A DNA stretch of 64,000 nucleotides from Eledone cirrhosa (Eukaryota). Each line of letters starts with the position of its first letter. Position 1 is the first letter of the stretch. The DNA is taken from positions 119,474,001 through 119,538,000 of the forward strand of contig OZ024741.1 in the NCBI GenBank assembly GCA_964016885.1, written 5' to 3'. The notes below the pieces were generated by a model. That model ran no database searches. It had not been told where the DNA came from and was given only the letters and a program-made list of their open reading frames with translations. Of the stretch, positions 51,791-64,000 are shown in pieces. The position numbers and the translations under genes were made by a program.

Positions 51791-54201
51791 GGTGTAGTGA
51801 CTTTCTCCAGTCATTGTACACCTTGTCAATCAATTGAGTGGCAAATTAAATGCACTATTTGATGTATATTCATTTCAGCAGAGATCATAAAAACATATTG
51901 CAATGATAATTATGGTTATAGGATTTTGCTAGGCTGTATTAGCAATGTTAGGGATTATTTCATAATTTTTTTTCTTTTTATTTAAACATAAATGCAGTTG
52001 CAAATGTTATTTATGGAAAGCAAGGTACTTTACAATAAGGTTGTGAAATTTATTGAGAAATATGCAAGTTATCATATCAATTAATGTTTGCTTTTCTAAG
52101 CTGGCATGGGTTACCATAGACAAAGTCAATACTTGACTGGATTTACTGTTCTCTTACTGATGGGCTGGGGTTCCACATTTTGCTTGCTTGCATCTAGTTT
52201 TGGCACAGTTACTACAGCTGGATGTCCTTAACACCAACGACTTTACAGTGTGAACTGGATACATTTTATTGCAACTTTATCACTAGAAAGGTTGTGGTCA
52301 TCAATTCTACTGAAGAGTCTTCTCTACCCTATTGAGGAGGGATAGTGGATTTGCTTAGGGGTTGAAAATAGGAGGGGAGAAATTACGACAAGTATGTCAT
52401 GGGTGTATGACATGTGGGATTAGGGTGATTTGTAAGAAAAAAGAGGATGAGAACTGTTTCTAAAGAAAGGGGTGGGCCAGAGATGATATCTGCTACATAG
52501 CAGTGGAACAGTGAAGGGTGACGTGATGATGAGACTAGTTCCAAGATTAAAGCCTACTTCTGTATCTCTTGTTTGTTCATTTTATGGAGTTTCTACCCAA
52601 CCCTTTTTTTTAACATATTGAGCATTTACACAACAGAATCAGAACCCTATCTTTGTTACTTTAAACTATGTATATATAATAGATAGTTGAAAAACCTTGT
52701 TAAATATGAGCAATTTTAAATGCTCATTCAACATTGTGACTGAAAATTATAGCAGTTATAGTTAATAAAAACAGCAAAATATTGATTTCAACATATTTAT
52801 TTTTTAAAGCTTCTAATTTTTAATATATACATATCCATTAAATGTTTCTAAAACAAACCAAAACAAAAACATTTATCAATATGCTTTTGGGGGACTTCAG
52901 AGTGGTCTTGATTTCTGAATTTTCTCAATAACGGCCACAATGAAATGAAAACAAAATTCCGAAGTTTTGTTTTGGAACATTGTTTTTTATTAGACAATTT
53001 AGCAATATTTGTATTTGAAATTGACTTTATGGATGTAGTCAAAGTTTAGGTAAAAGAAAACCAAGATCGAGACAACTTTTCTATTATATATCTAATAAAA
53101 TACATTTGTGGGCTTTAATAAAATTATTTTGTAACAAAATTATATAAAATTATGTTGGAAAATGTTAATTTAAATATGACTCCCTTTATAATAGGTGGTT
53201 TAGTGGGGTTAGTGACTGGAAGGTATAGGTAGGTTTGGAGAGAGTGCTCATGTTCTCAAACCCAATTGCAATAATGAAACAGTACCCTGACATTGCATGG
53301 TTCAATTTTACCAACAAAAACACTTGTCAGGTTTGCTGCCCTAGTGTGGTATAAGCAAGAAGGAATAAAACGTTAAAACAATCTCTGTGTCAATACTACT
53401 TGATGTTGATGGAGGAGATGCCCTTCAATGCAGATAGCCTAGTAGTTGTGAGTTTAATTCTTGGGCCATGCAGCATGTGGGCTTGAGCAAGGTGCTTCAT
53501 TTTGGGTTGTTTTTCATAGGAGTGGGCCACAATCATTAAAAACACATAATAAACTTCCTATGAGATGCAACCTTGAAGAAGGCCAGCTAAGCCTGCATAG
53601 GTGGGAGCTTTAAATTTCATTTTTTCATAACCATATTTCTAATACACCCTGCATTTTTTAAAATAACCAAGTATATAAATGGATTTACTAAAGAACTTTG
53701 ACATTATTAAGCTAGTGTTTGGAATATAAACAAAAAGTTCTCCCATAAAATTATGATGGAATGTTTGCATATAAACAATTTAAAATCGGGAGCAAGATTT
53801 TCTTATTTGTCGGAAGGAGATACAGGCAAAATAATGACAGTTTCTGTTATTAAACGACCTCTTTTTAATGAAATCCGGTAACATTTATTAGACAGCAATA
53901 TTTGAACTTTGAATGTTATAAAGCTAGCTAATATAATAACAAATCTTAGGCAAACAATGTGTGTGTGTGTGTGTATATATATATAGATATAATAAAAGTA
54001 TGTATTCCTACATGTAAATAATACACAGGAGTACAAGTATTTTCCAACCGTATGGATCTCTTTCTCAATGGAAATCCGCTTGGATTATCTATTTATTTTG
54101 GGATCGGAAACCGCGGTAAAGGCACATAGTAAGTACTGAATTTTTTGAAATTTATTTTAAAATTTATTCTCTATTTGCTTGACCTTGATTTTATATATAT
54201 A

Positions 54202-54709
54202 CTAGCAGTGGTACCCGGCGTTGCACAGGATAAGGTATTGTGAAATATATAACCGCCTTAGCTAAGCTTAGTATTGCCACAACCACGGCTGTCAAAGAAG
54301 TAAGGGTCTGGTGTTACGTAAGTAAGCAACACTGGCTTAAAACGTGAGGAAGAAGTTGTGTGCACTTACCAACTGTTTGGAGAATGAGTGAGATTTGTCT
54401 TGAGCAAGGGTGGCAGAATAACCGGAGGCAGCAGACAGCCAGACATACAAACAGATATTATAAGGGCGCAACGTTATATGTATGTATCTATCTAAAAAGT
54501 GGAAGACTAAGAATTATAGAGAGAGATCGCTAAATCGCCTAATGTGGTCTCTAGGGCATTGAAAATAAAAAAAAAATTTTTGCACAGAACACTCCCTGAA
54601 ACATAAGTATTACATGTGTAAAGTTTGAAAACAGTCGGTTGGGTGGTTCTCTAGTTTTAGGGATTCAAACTCACACACACACAGATAGACAACCTCAGTT
54701 TTATATAGA
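54202..54709 (-). mobile_element. Non-autonomous Helitron
   Basis: A|TCTATATAAAA 5' end; 3' end cctgtgcaacgccggg hairpin remnant then CTAG|T; no TSD. Confidence 0.75.
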
Positions 54710-57693
54710 TATATATACATATATTTTAAACTGGCCATATCCGGCCAGAACTCTCTCTCTTTCTGTTCAAACTGGCTGTAACTGGCGACTTATACTGATG
54801 TTAAGATATTGTTCTCAAAATAAATATCAAAATCTCATAGATTCAATATTATGTGAGATAAAGTGTTTACTGTGAAAATACAATAGTACATAGAGAGTAA
54901 TGTGAATGCTAAAGGGTTAAGTTAGTAGCAGCTATTAAAGGTTCTTGCATAAAATTATTATTAAGTTTTTTTTTTATAGATAAATAGCTCTCTCAGGTCA
55001 CTAGCTTCTCTGTGACATGGCACCTGCTCTTTCTCTTCCCTCCTGCATTAATAGCTCTGAGTATGCAGCTGTTGTTCCTACAGTGCTGCTCATGTCAGGT
55101 TTCTCCCTCCCCTTCCCCTGTCCAGCTTAAGAATATGACGATTGCGCTTGTGTTAATGTCACACTGAAATGCACTGTGTGCACTCTGCAAGTGGTGGTGC
55201 TGCTGCCATGATAAAATGCACACAGTACACACTTGCAAAGTGGTTGGCATTAGGAAGGACAAACTGCAGTATATGAGCAAGACATGTTCATATGACCTGT
55301 CTTGTCTCAGAACATGACAACCTGTCCAATCCATGCCAGCATGGTACACATAAAATGGTAATGATAATAACATTTTCCACTGGGAGTTGCAAATGACAGT
55401 GTCAGCAATGGAAACAATTTTCTTAGTCTGAACAGATGATTGATTTTTTTTTCCCGTTCCTATCTAAACACTTTAAAACAATTTTATATCATAAAATCAG
55501 ATGGCAATTTAGTAACACATGTTTTAGGGTTGTTTTCTGAGACATTTATTGTGCTTTACCTGGGAAACTTGGATTATATTTTCCATATATTCAGATGGAT
55601 TATGGTTTGCTTCTCATTTTATAAAAGTATATTTTTAAAGTACATCAGGATCACTTAATTTATAGGTCACAATGTATATCAGCTTTATAAGTGATTTAAG
55701 TCCATTTCTCTGCTGAAGCTGGAGTTAGCTTTGTGGGCCTCATCATGGGTTCCTTTTTGGCGAAATGTTTTACAGTCAGATGCCCTTTTTGGTATTAACT
55801 AATTTAGTCACCTGTTTTGATATGTAAGGATTCGGTTTGTATTTTTTTCTAAATCTGATACACAATTATTGATCATTATATATATATAAATAAATTGAAC
55901 ATGTTATTACAGTAATAAAATGTTGGTTAGTGGCCACTTAAATCATATAAATGTTTGTTTAATTTCATGGTTTTATTCCTCTTCATTTGTTTAAAGTTGT
56001 ATTAAGATAATTTTTAGTGCAAATAAACTTCAAACAATGAACTAACCTACTTTTTATCCAATGAGTTTACTTTCAAAACTGGCAATGAGATTCATAATCC
56101 TTGATATGCCAGAAAAATCAATACTTGTTTCCATATAAGTCTTTAATTCCTTTTGTACTTTATATATATAATATTGTTTTGGGACACCATTGTTGGTATA
56201 ATCTACTCAGTATGATATAAAAGCTAAATATATTTGTTGCATTGGGATGCAATTGTTGTTATATCTAACACCCATATAGTATAAAAGTTATATATATTAT
56301 GAGTGTGTGTGTGTGACACAATTGTTGGTATACCTATCAATAAAAAGTAATAATGGTTTCTAAGATTGGCACAACACCAATTGAGGCTTTTGATCTCATC
56401 GTCTACTATTGTATTCTATGTCTATAAGTTTCAAGATTTCTGTATCACAAGTCAAAGCTAAAATAAAGCTTATTTACCATGGTCAACAACATGATTCTGT
56501 CCTTCGACAGTTGGTCTTCATAATAAGCTGACCGGGCTCCAACTATAGAATTTCAATATCCTTATTAATAGTTATGCTGCTGGGGCGGGCATTTGGGAAA
56601 AACAAAGGAAAACCTCGTATGAATATTATTTCAAAGTTTAAGAAGATAATTTTATACAAAAGTTTTTAAATAGTAAACATGCTGATACATATGTTATTTC
56701 TTCACTATCTCAAATTGTAAACACTGCTTGAAACCTTAAGCATCAAACACAACTTAACCTACAATTTTATTTCTGTTAACTTTCTTTTTTTCTTCTAAAA
56801 TTAGTTTTTTCCTATGTCAACGCTGCTAATTGTTTGCATGAATTGTTACAGTGGATATTTTCTACTGTCAGTCACTCAACCATGAATTAGCAGTGTACAG
56901 TAGTGGGTGAATGACAATGTGTCTTGTATGAGCTACATCTTCATGGTGACTTTATCAACAAAAGTATAAGCACCTTAACTAGGTCAATGCTTCTATTAAT
57001 ATGAATTTACTTGTCATGGGATAGGTGGAGGGGACTCCTACTTATTGACAGCACTGTGAACAGAAGCACATATCAATTACAGACATCCAGCACAGATTAT
57101 CATCCACTTATGATTCCAAAGGCACATTATACATGCGAGGACTGCATGTTAACTCAAGATCACGTTTTCAGTTGTTCACATCGCTGTTTAGGCCATCTCA
57201 TAAGGGGCTCTGGTGTGACTCATTAATGAGTTTACTCACAACAGAGGCGCCTTTATGTGAATTTGTTGCATTTTAATTTTTGTGAAAATTAACAAAAACA
57301 GTTGTTGACAAAAACTGCATATTGCTGTTTATAATGTAAAAATATTAAATTTTTCATATAAGAATATATTGTTGGGGTGGGTGGATACAGTTTGCTGGAG
57401 AAAATTCAAAACATTTTCCATGAAGAAATTTAAGCCATTTTCTTTGTTACCTTTCCAACCCTTGCTTACAGGGAAAGTGGACATTAAATATTGATGACAC
57501 ATAAGCTATTGCATTCAAAGATGAATGTAGGAAAAAGAGAATCCATTATTTCAATTTTTAACGTATTTGGATGTGAAAATGTTAGCTTACTGGATTGTTA
57601 TGGTTTCGGATTTACTACAACCATCAAATCTGGAATGTGTAGAAGAAAATCTTTATATTTCGCAATCTACTTTATCATGAAATTATAGTTTAA

Positions 57694-58325
57694 CCCTTTA
57701 GCATTTAAACCGGCCATATCCGGCCAGAACTCTCTCACCTCTTTCTGTTCAAACCAGCTGTAACTGGCTGTTTATACTTATGTTAACCCTTTAGCATTCA
57801 CATTATTCTATAAATACTATTATATTTTCATGGTAAAGGCTTTACCTCACATAATATCTCACATAATATCGAATCTATGAGATATTGAAAGTATTTATTG
57901 TGAGAACAATACCTTAACATCAGTTTGAGTGACCAGTTACAGCCAGTTACAACAGAAAAGGGTAGAGAATTCTGGCTGGTTTTGGTCGGTTTGAACACTA
58001 AAGGGTTAAGGTATTCTTCTCAAAAAAAAAATGATATTAAAATCTCGTAGATTTGATATTATGTGAGATAATTATGTGAAATAAAATGTTTACAGTGAAA
58101 ATACAACAGTATATAGAGAGTAATGTAAATGCTAAAGGGTTAACCCATTAGCATTTAAATTGGCTGTATCCAGCCAAAATTCTGTCCCCATTTTGAAAGC
58201 ACACTGATGTTAAGATATCGTCCTTAAGACAACCAATAGCAGCATCAAAATCTCGTAGGCCTGAGATTATGCGAGATAAAGCCTTTACCATGAATGTACA
58301 ATAGTAAATATGTAAATGCAAAGGG
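57694..58325. mobile_element. Cluster of three piggyBac-type MITEs, one nested and one tandem
   Basis: TTAA at 57690, 57783, 58006, 58140 and 58326, each abutting a CCC/GGG terminus. Confidence 0.9.
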
Positions 58326-61300
58326 TTAAATATGCGTAAGTTTTAGAGTGACCAAAGAGAGCTTTTGGCTTTTTTAATAAGTTATTGAAGTTATCTAAGT
58401 TTTGTTATGACAAAATAGAAAAAAAAATCTTTGAAAAGCATTTGAAATAATTTTACATTGTATACTTAAGTGATATGCATTCATATTGAAGAAATATGAA
58501 AAACTGTTTTACTTGTTTCCTTGGAGGCATAACGTTTTAAAAATAAGTCTAATTACCATTTTTGGTATAAGTATACACATATGATACTGATGTGTATTTC
58601 TTTGGAAGTCTTTGAAATTTAGTTTTAGATTTTTTTTATCAGTGTCTATTAAGCCACAAGCATTCCTTTTGCTCACCCGTCAAACATAAAGTACAGAAAT
58701 TTGTCAATGTTTTTCTTTCTCTTAAAATATTAAGTCATACTTGATGTGATAAAACCATTTGGTTAAATACTGTTTATATTCATTATATATGACATAGCAT
58801 AGATGTTAACTTAGTAAGCTACATGCCATTGTTTTATACCTTGCCGCTGTTTCAGTGGTAAGCTTTGCTACATTAACGTTTTAGATACTAATCTTTCCCA
58901 AACCATATATTAAGTTACTCCCTTAATAATGAAGTAATAAATAATTTTAGCATATTCTTCAAAATTCTTCATTTACTAATTGAAGTAGTGTATTTCTTTG
59001 GAAATGCAGTCATGAAAGGGTTAAAATATTTACAATTCCATTAGAATTACTTGATACTGTGTAGAATGGCACACATTTACGAATCACTGAAGAATCAGTT
59101 TAATTATGCGTTATGTCCTTGAGCAAGACACTTTATTTCACATTGCTCCTACTTGGAGTTGCGACCGATAGATAGTATTAGCAATTGAAAAGGCCAATGG
59201 ATACATTGTGTCCTTGGTCTGATTTGACGTAAGTCGATCAACTGTCGATATATCATTATGAAAAGTACTTCTGCTACCTGAACACAAATCATATTAAGAA
59301 GAAAATTTGTGGTAGTAAATCTACCAACATTACTTTGAAACAAACTGATCCTCAACTCTTATTAAACTCACACCTTACTGTCTTAACACCTTACACACTG
59401 GATAATGTAGTCCTAGGCCCAATTTGTCTGAAAAAAGAATAAAAAACATATCACAGCTGGATACTTTAGGTCATAGTTTGTTGACTTTTAGGCTAAACAG
59501 CTTTCAACTAACTTCCAAACTAAATTTAATATATTTTGTATCTTTCCGAAAAATCTTAATACTGGAATGGCTAAATATGGGGGGAGTTGGTGATGTGGGG
59601 TGCAGAGAATAGGTCAAGATGGAGAAGCTTGTTAAATTAAAAAAAGCTAACCCTTCTTTAGCTGTGGATGTAGCCTTAAAATGCTGTTAGAGTGGTCATG
59701 TTTTGAACATTTCCAGTTGTGTAGGTTAATCTATCAAAAAGTACCCTAAAATGGTTTGTATTTTTAATTTAATTAAAAAAAAAATTGAAATAGTTTTCAA
59801 TCTCATTAAATTGTTAAACACAGTGCAAGGAGACTGTTTTTGTGAAGATATTTTGATTATTGACAAACTATTCATTCTTCACTGATTTCAACCATTGGAC
59901 TGCTGCCATGCTGAACACCAGCTTCAAGAAGTTTGGTCAATTATATTGAGATACTTAGTTTGGCATTCAATTTACAGATATGTATTCATGGAATGGCTAC
60001 AATTCATTGGATCATTGCTATTTTCAAAGTTATCTTCCTTTTGTGACATTAGAATACTGTTGATTTACACTAGTATTCAGTCATTTAAATATAAGCAGCA
60101 GCAGTTTTATGATCCCCCCTGCTGCCATGGATCGGTTAAGACAGCCATATAACATTTGTCACCAACCCTCACCATTTTTTAAAAAGTGAGGTATGGATCT
60201 TTACACTTTTAACAGTTGAGTCTCAAAACTTGTGTTTACACAGGATATAAACAAATATCACTGATATTATCATCATTTTTCCATGTTAGTAGTAAGGTAT
60301 GTCTGACTGTTGAGAAGCAGGATCTTTCTTCATGCAGAACATAAACAAATATCACAGCCGGCAATGTTGAATGTGAAGAGAAGAGAGATAGAAACATTGT
60401 TGCATAATCTCATTCACACATACAAATGTGATTATAGTTTTTGTTTACCAAATCCATTCAAAGGCATTGATTAGTCTGAATCTATAGTTGAAGACACTTG
60501 CCCAAGATGCTGCACAGGAGATAGATAGGAGAATCCAAAATCATTTGAGTCTGAAGCAAACCTCTTAATCACACAGCCATTCCTGCAAGTTAGAGCATTG
60601 TCATTTTACATTCATTTTTCTGTGTTTGCACAGGTTAAAGTCTAGCACTTACCCTGGTTTCATGTTTATGTACATGATGCTGGAGCTAACCCACAGCTCT
60701 TGGTACTCATTTCCAGCTGAATGTACTGGAGCAATGTCAAATGTGCTTTGGATACTAGGTGTCTGTCACCGTAGTCTGGGAATCAAATCCATGACTTTAT
60801 CATTGTGAGACTAACGACCTAACCACTAGGCCACACAAGATTTGAAAAATATATAGCTGCCATTATCATTAGTTTCTCATTGTTTCTTAGTTTTTACATA
60901 AAAGCTTATTTGAAGGTCACTTCTGATTTGTGCAAGGTAGTGATAATTCTTCATAGATACTTGGAAATTTTCTAATTTAGAATTTTTAAACTTCATTGAT
61001 TGAAAAAAAAAAAGTTAAAATTAATTTATTTTAATTAAATAAATTGTTTGAGTGAATGAATTGAATTTATATCGTGTTTTTTTTTTTTTAGTGTTTGAAA
61101 GAATTTACTCTATATTACTAGAAATATTGTGTAAATTTCTGTGCCAATTATGTTCCATAGCACTTTTGGAAATAGATCCAAATCAAACATTAACTAATAA
61201 AATATCAATTTACGTAGTTAAATGTATGATGTAGCGATATGTTTTCACTTTTTCAACTGAGCCTTGCAGAGTTTTATTCAGTCATATCAACCCCCAGTAC

Positions 61301-63475
61301 TTATTTTTAAGTCTGGTACTTATTTTATTGTTATATATTTATTATCTAGATAATTTACAGGACATAGACAAACCACACATAAACACATGTGTATGTGTGT
61401 GCATGTATATATTTATATACAGACACATGTACAACGGGCTTCTGCACAATTTCCACCTATCAAATTCCACTCACAAGGCATTGATCAATCTGCTGCTTTA
61501 GAAGAAAACATGCATAAGATGCTGCACAAGTGGAACTGAAACCATCTGGTTGTAAGGCCAACTCTTTATCCATGCAGCCATGCCAGCATTATGATAGACA
61601 ATTTTCAAGTATATACATGTGAAAATGTATTTCATTAGTGTGATATTTGCTACTTTGAAATCTAATTAACATAATGTCTAAATTCTATACAGGTGCTTTC
61701 ATAAATTATTGTTCTGCTTCTCAATTTATGCACCTTCAATATTGAAGATTTTTTTAAAAGAAAAGAATTGCAAGATTCTTAAACCACTTCCAAAATTTGA
61801 TATTGAGTTGCTTTACTACTTCATCTGTGGCTTCAGATTTTTAATGAAAGATTATTTCTAATTATTAATTAAATTTTATGAAAAGACACAGAAAGAAAAT
61901 CATGTGTAATGCAAAATTCTGAACATGTTATCTCGAAAAATGGGATGAAATTTAGATGGAAATGGCATATAGCCATCTAAATCAAGGTGAATAGGGAAAT
62001 TGTTTGGGGAGCCAAGGTGTCAGATGCTTCTATTGTCATGGTTTCGATAAGAAACCTATTGGAGAGCAACCGGTACTTTATCAACTAGCAATTTTGGAAA
62101 TGGTTTGAAGACGTAAGACGCCAGATATTTCAATCACTATGGGTTTGGCAAGAAACGTATCAGCGAACAGCCACTACTTTGTCATCTTGTGATCAGTATG
62201 TTGAGGATGACAAAACCTGGCTCTGATGCTGATATCACCAGGTTGTTATGAAAGAAGGTATTGCTGCTGGTCACGTTCTATTTTTTTTTTTCTGAAGAGC
62301 CAGCTGATCAATTACAGGTAAAAAGAAAAAAATAAGGAATCATATAGATAGGAACTTAAGTAACAAGATTTGATAGAATTGAAAAATAAAAAGTTAACTA
62401 AAGCAAACATTTAAGATTTGGTTTTTCGAACCTTTACATACTATATATTTCTAATGAAAGAACCTAACATTTTCAAATAATCAAGAATTTGGAAAGATTT
62501 AGTAAAATAACTTTCTCATTGTTAAATTTGGGGTTTAAATTTGAAAAAAGAAGCTCTTATATAAAATTATAATGGTTTTTAGATAAGTATAAACACAATG
62601 AAATAATAGTTGATACCAAACTGGTGTTTCAGGTAGTTTGGTATCCAAAAGGTTAATATTACAAAAAAAAGAAGAAAAAGAAAGGAAACTGATATGAAGT
62701 GATTTTCACTACTGTTGTGTTCAACAGGTCACTTGTTTACCAGCAGTTGAGAACATTCCAAGATATTTTACTGAATCCAGTTGCTTATGGAATTTAGGAA
62801 TTCTATGAAGTTTGCTCAGGAGATAAAATAACCAAATGTTTTCAAAGCTATACACTTCGCTTGTCTTTAACCCTTTAACCCATGCTAGCGTGGAAAATAG
62901 ACGTTAAACGATGATGATGATTACTCTATATTTACTTTTGTATTTTCATGGTAAAGGCTTTACCTCACATAATATCGAATCTATGAGATTTTGCTATTAT
63001 TTATTTTGAGAACAATACCATAACATTTGTATGAGTGGCCAGTTACAGCTGGTTTGAACAGAAAGAGGTGAGGGAATTCTGGCTGGGTATGGCCAGTTTA
63101 AATGCTAAAGAGTTTAAGCCAAAGCTTTCAGTATAATCAGATTCAAAGACAGAAATTAGTATTTACTTTAAGAACTTGAAAAATGTACCTGTCTATTTGT
63201 AATCAGTTCTTTAAAATATCTATATTAGCTATGCCTTGAATTAAAGGCATGAAAACATGACTATTTTTGGAATAGTATAGTTGATTTTATCAACTCCAGT
63301 ACTTCACTGGTCCTTATAGACCCAAAGGACAAAAAAGGCAAAGCTAAAATGTAATATTGCAAAAGAAGTATTTTACTTCATTATTGGAATTTACAGCAGG
63401 TAAATGAAGATTCTTAGTTTTTTATGATTTTTTTTGTTTTTTTGTGACTTAGTAAATAGTTTAACATCATAGCTA

Positions 63476-63990
63476 CCGTGTTTCCCCCATTATAAGCCGT
63501 AGCACTATATTTCAGGATGGATTTAATATACGCCATGCCCCGAAAATAAGCCGTAGCAAAAATAAATACCCAAAAAAAGAAATGGCCAGCTATGAAAATT
63601 GGCGCAATCAACCATTATAGAACAGGATTGTATCTTAATGTAAAACTAACTGATAAGCGGGTGTATTCTCCATTCAATTCGACCTCTATTGCTCAACATG
63701 AAAGACTAGGGACGAAAATTCTGCAGGCAATTGAGTCACAAGAAAATTCCACAGGAATCATTGAATCCACTGATTTGGAAAACAATGACATTCCAGAGCA
63801 GGATGACATGATTATTTTTGAATAAATTAGTGGATTATTTCGCTCATGAGTTTTTGAATTAAAGGGTGTGTTAATTTTTAATAAATTTGATCTTTCAAGT
63901 AAATGCCGATTGATTTTTCGTAATTTCCAATCATTTAGCGAATTTGTAATTTTCAGTTTCGTAGTGTCGTTTTTTCGGTATATGACCCCC
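63476..63990 (+). mobile_element. Probable pogo/Tc1-mariner-type non-autonomous element, right end not seen
   Basis: TA|CCGTGTTTCCCCCATTATAAGCCG start with a subterminal repeat ccccgaaaataagccgtagc; acidic residual ORF; CpG-intact. Confidence 0.5.
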
Positions 63991-64000
63991 CCCCCCCCCC

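Noticed and set aside
48455-63400. Candidate plus-strand exons after acceptors near 48455, 50351, 61072, 61692, 62728 and 63397
   Set aside because: Early stops or no matching donor; no recognisable protein. May be UTR or non-coding exons but not supportable.

Overview
AT-rich, repeat-dense animal genomic DNA; the SINE/RTE-LINE repertoire resembles octopod cephalopods (inference). The one host gene I can build is the 5' half of a meckelin/TMEM67 (MKS3) orthologue on the minus strand: 12 coding exons from ATG 30011 down to 287, 1360 nt, phases consistent at every junction, continuing beyond the left edge. Two of its introns are non-standard: intron 1 is best read as GC-AG, and intron 10 has a U12-type (minor spliceosome) donor GTATCCTTT with a matching branch point. 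The introns hold several strong dsRNA-forming structures: a 197-bp near-perfect fold-back, an inverted SINE pair and inverted RTE LINE copies around exon 5. The rest is mobile DNA: a near full-length RTE LINE with a PHD-type finger inside its RT, CRE and Dong/R4 remnants, a non-coding LTR element with a tRNA-Trp PBS, mariners, nested piggyBac-type MITEs, a hAT MITE, a Helitron, tRNA-derived SINEs and Penelope-like fragments with hammerhead-ribozyme-like motifs. I found no convincing host coding exon in 31-64 kb, and no CRISPR or prokaryote-type system. All calls are by eye, without database searches.
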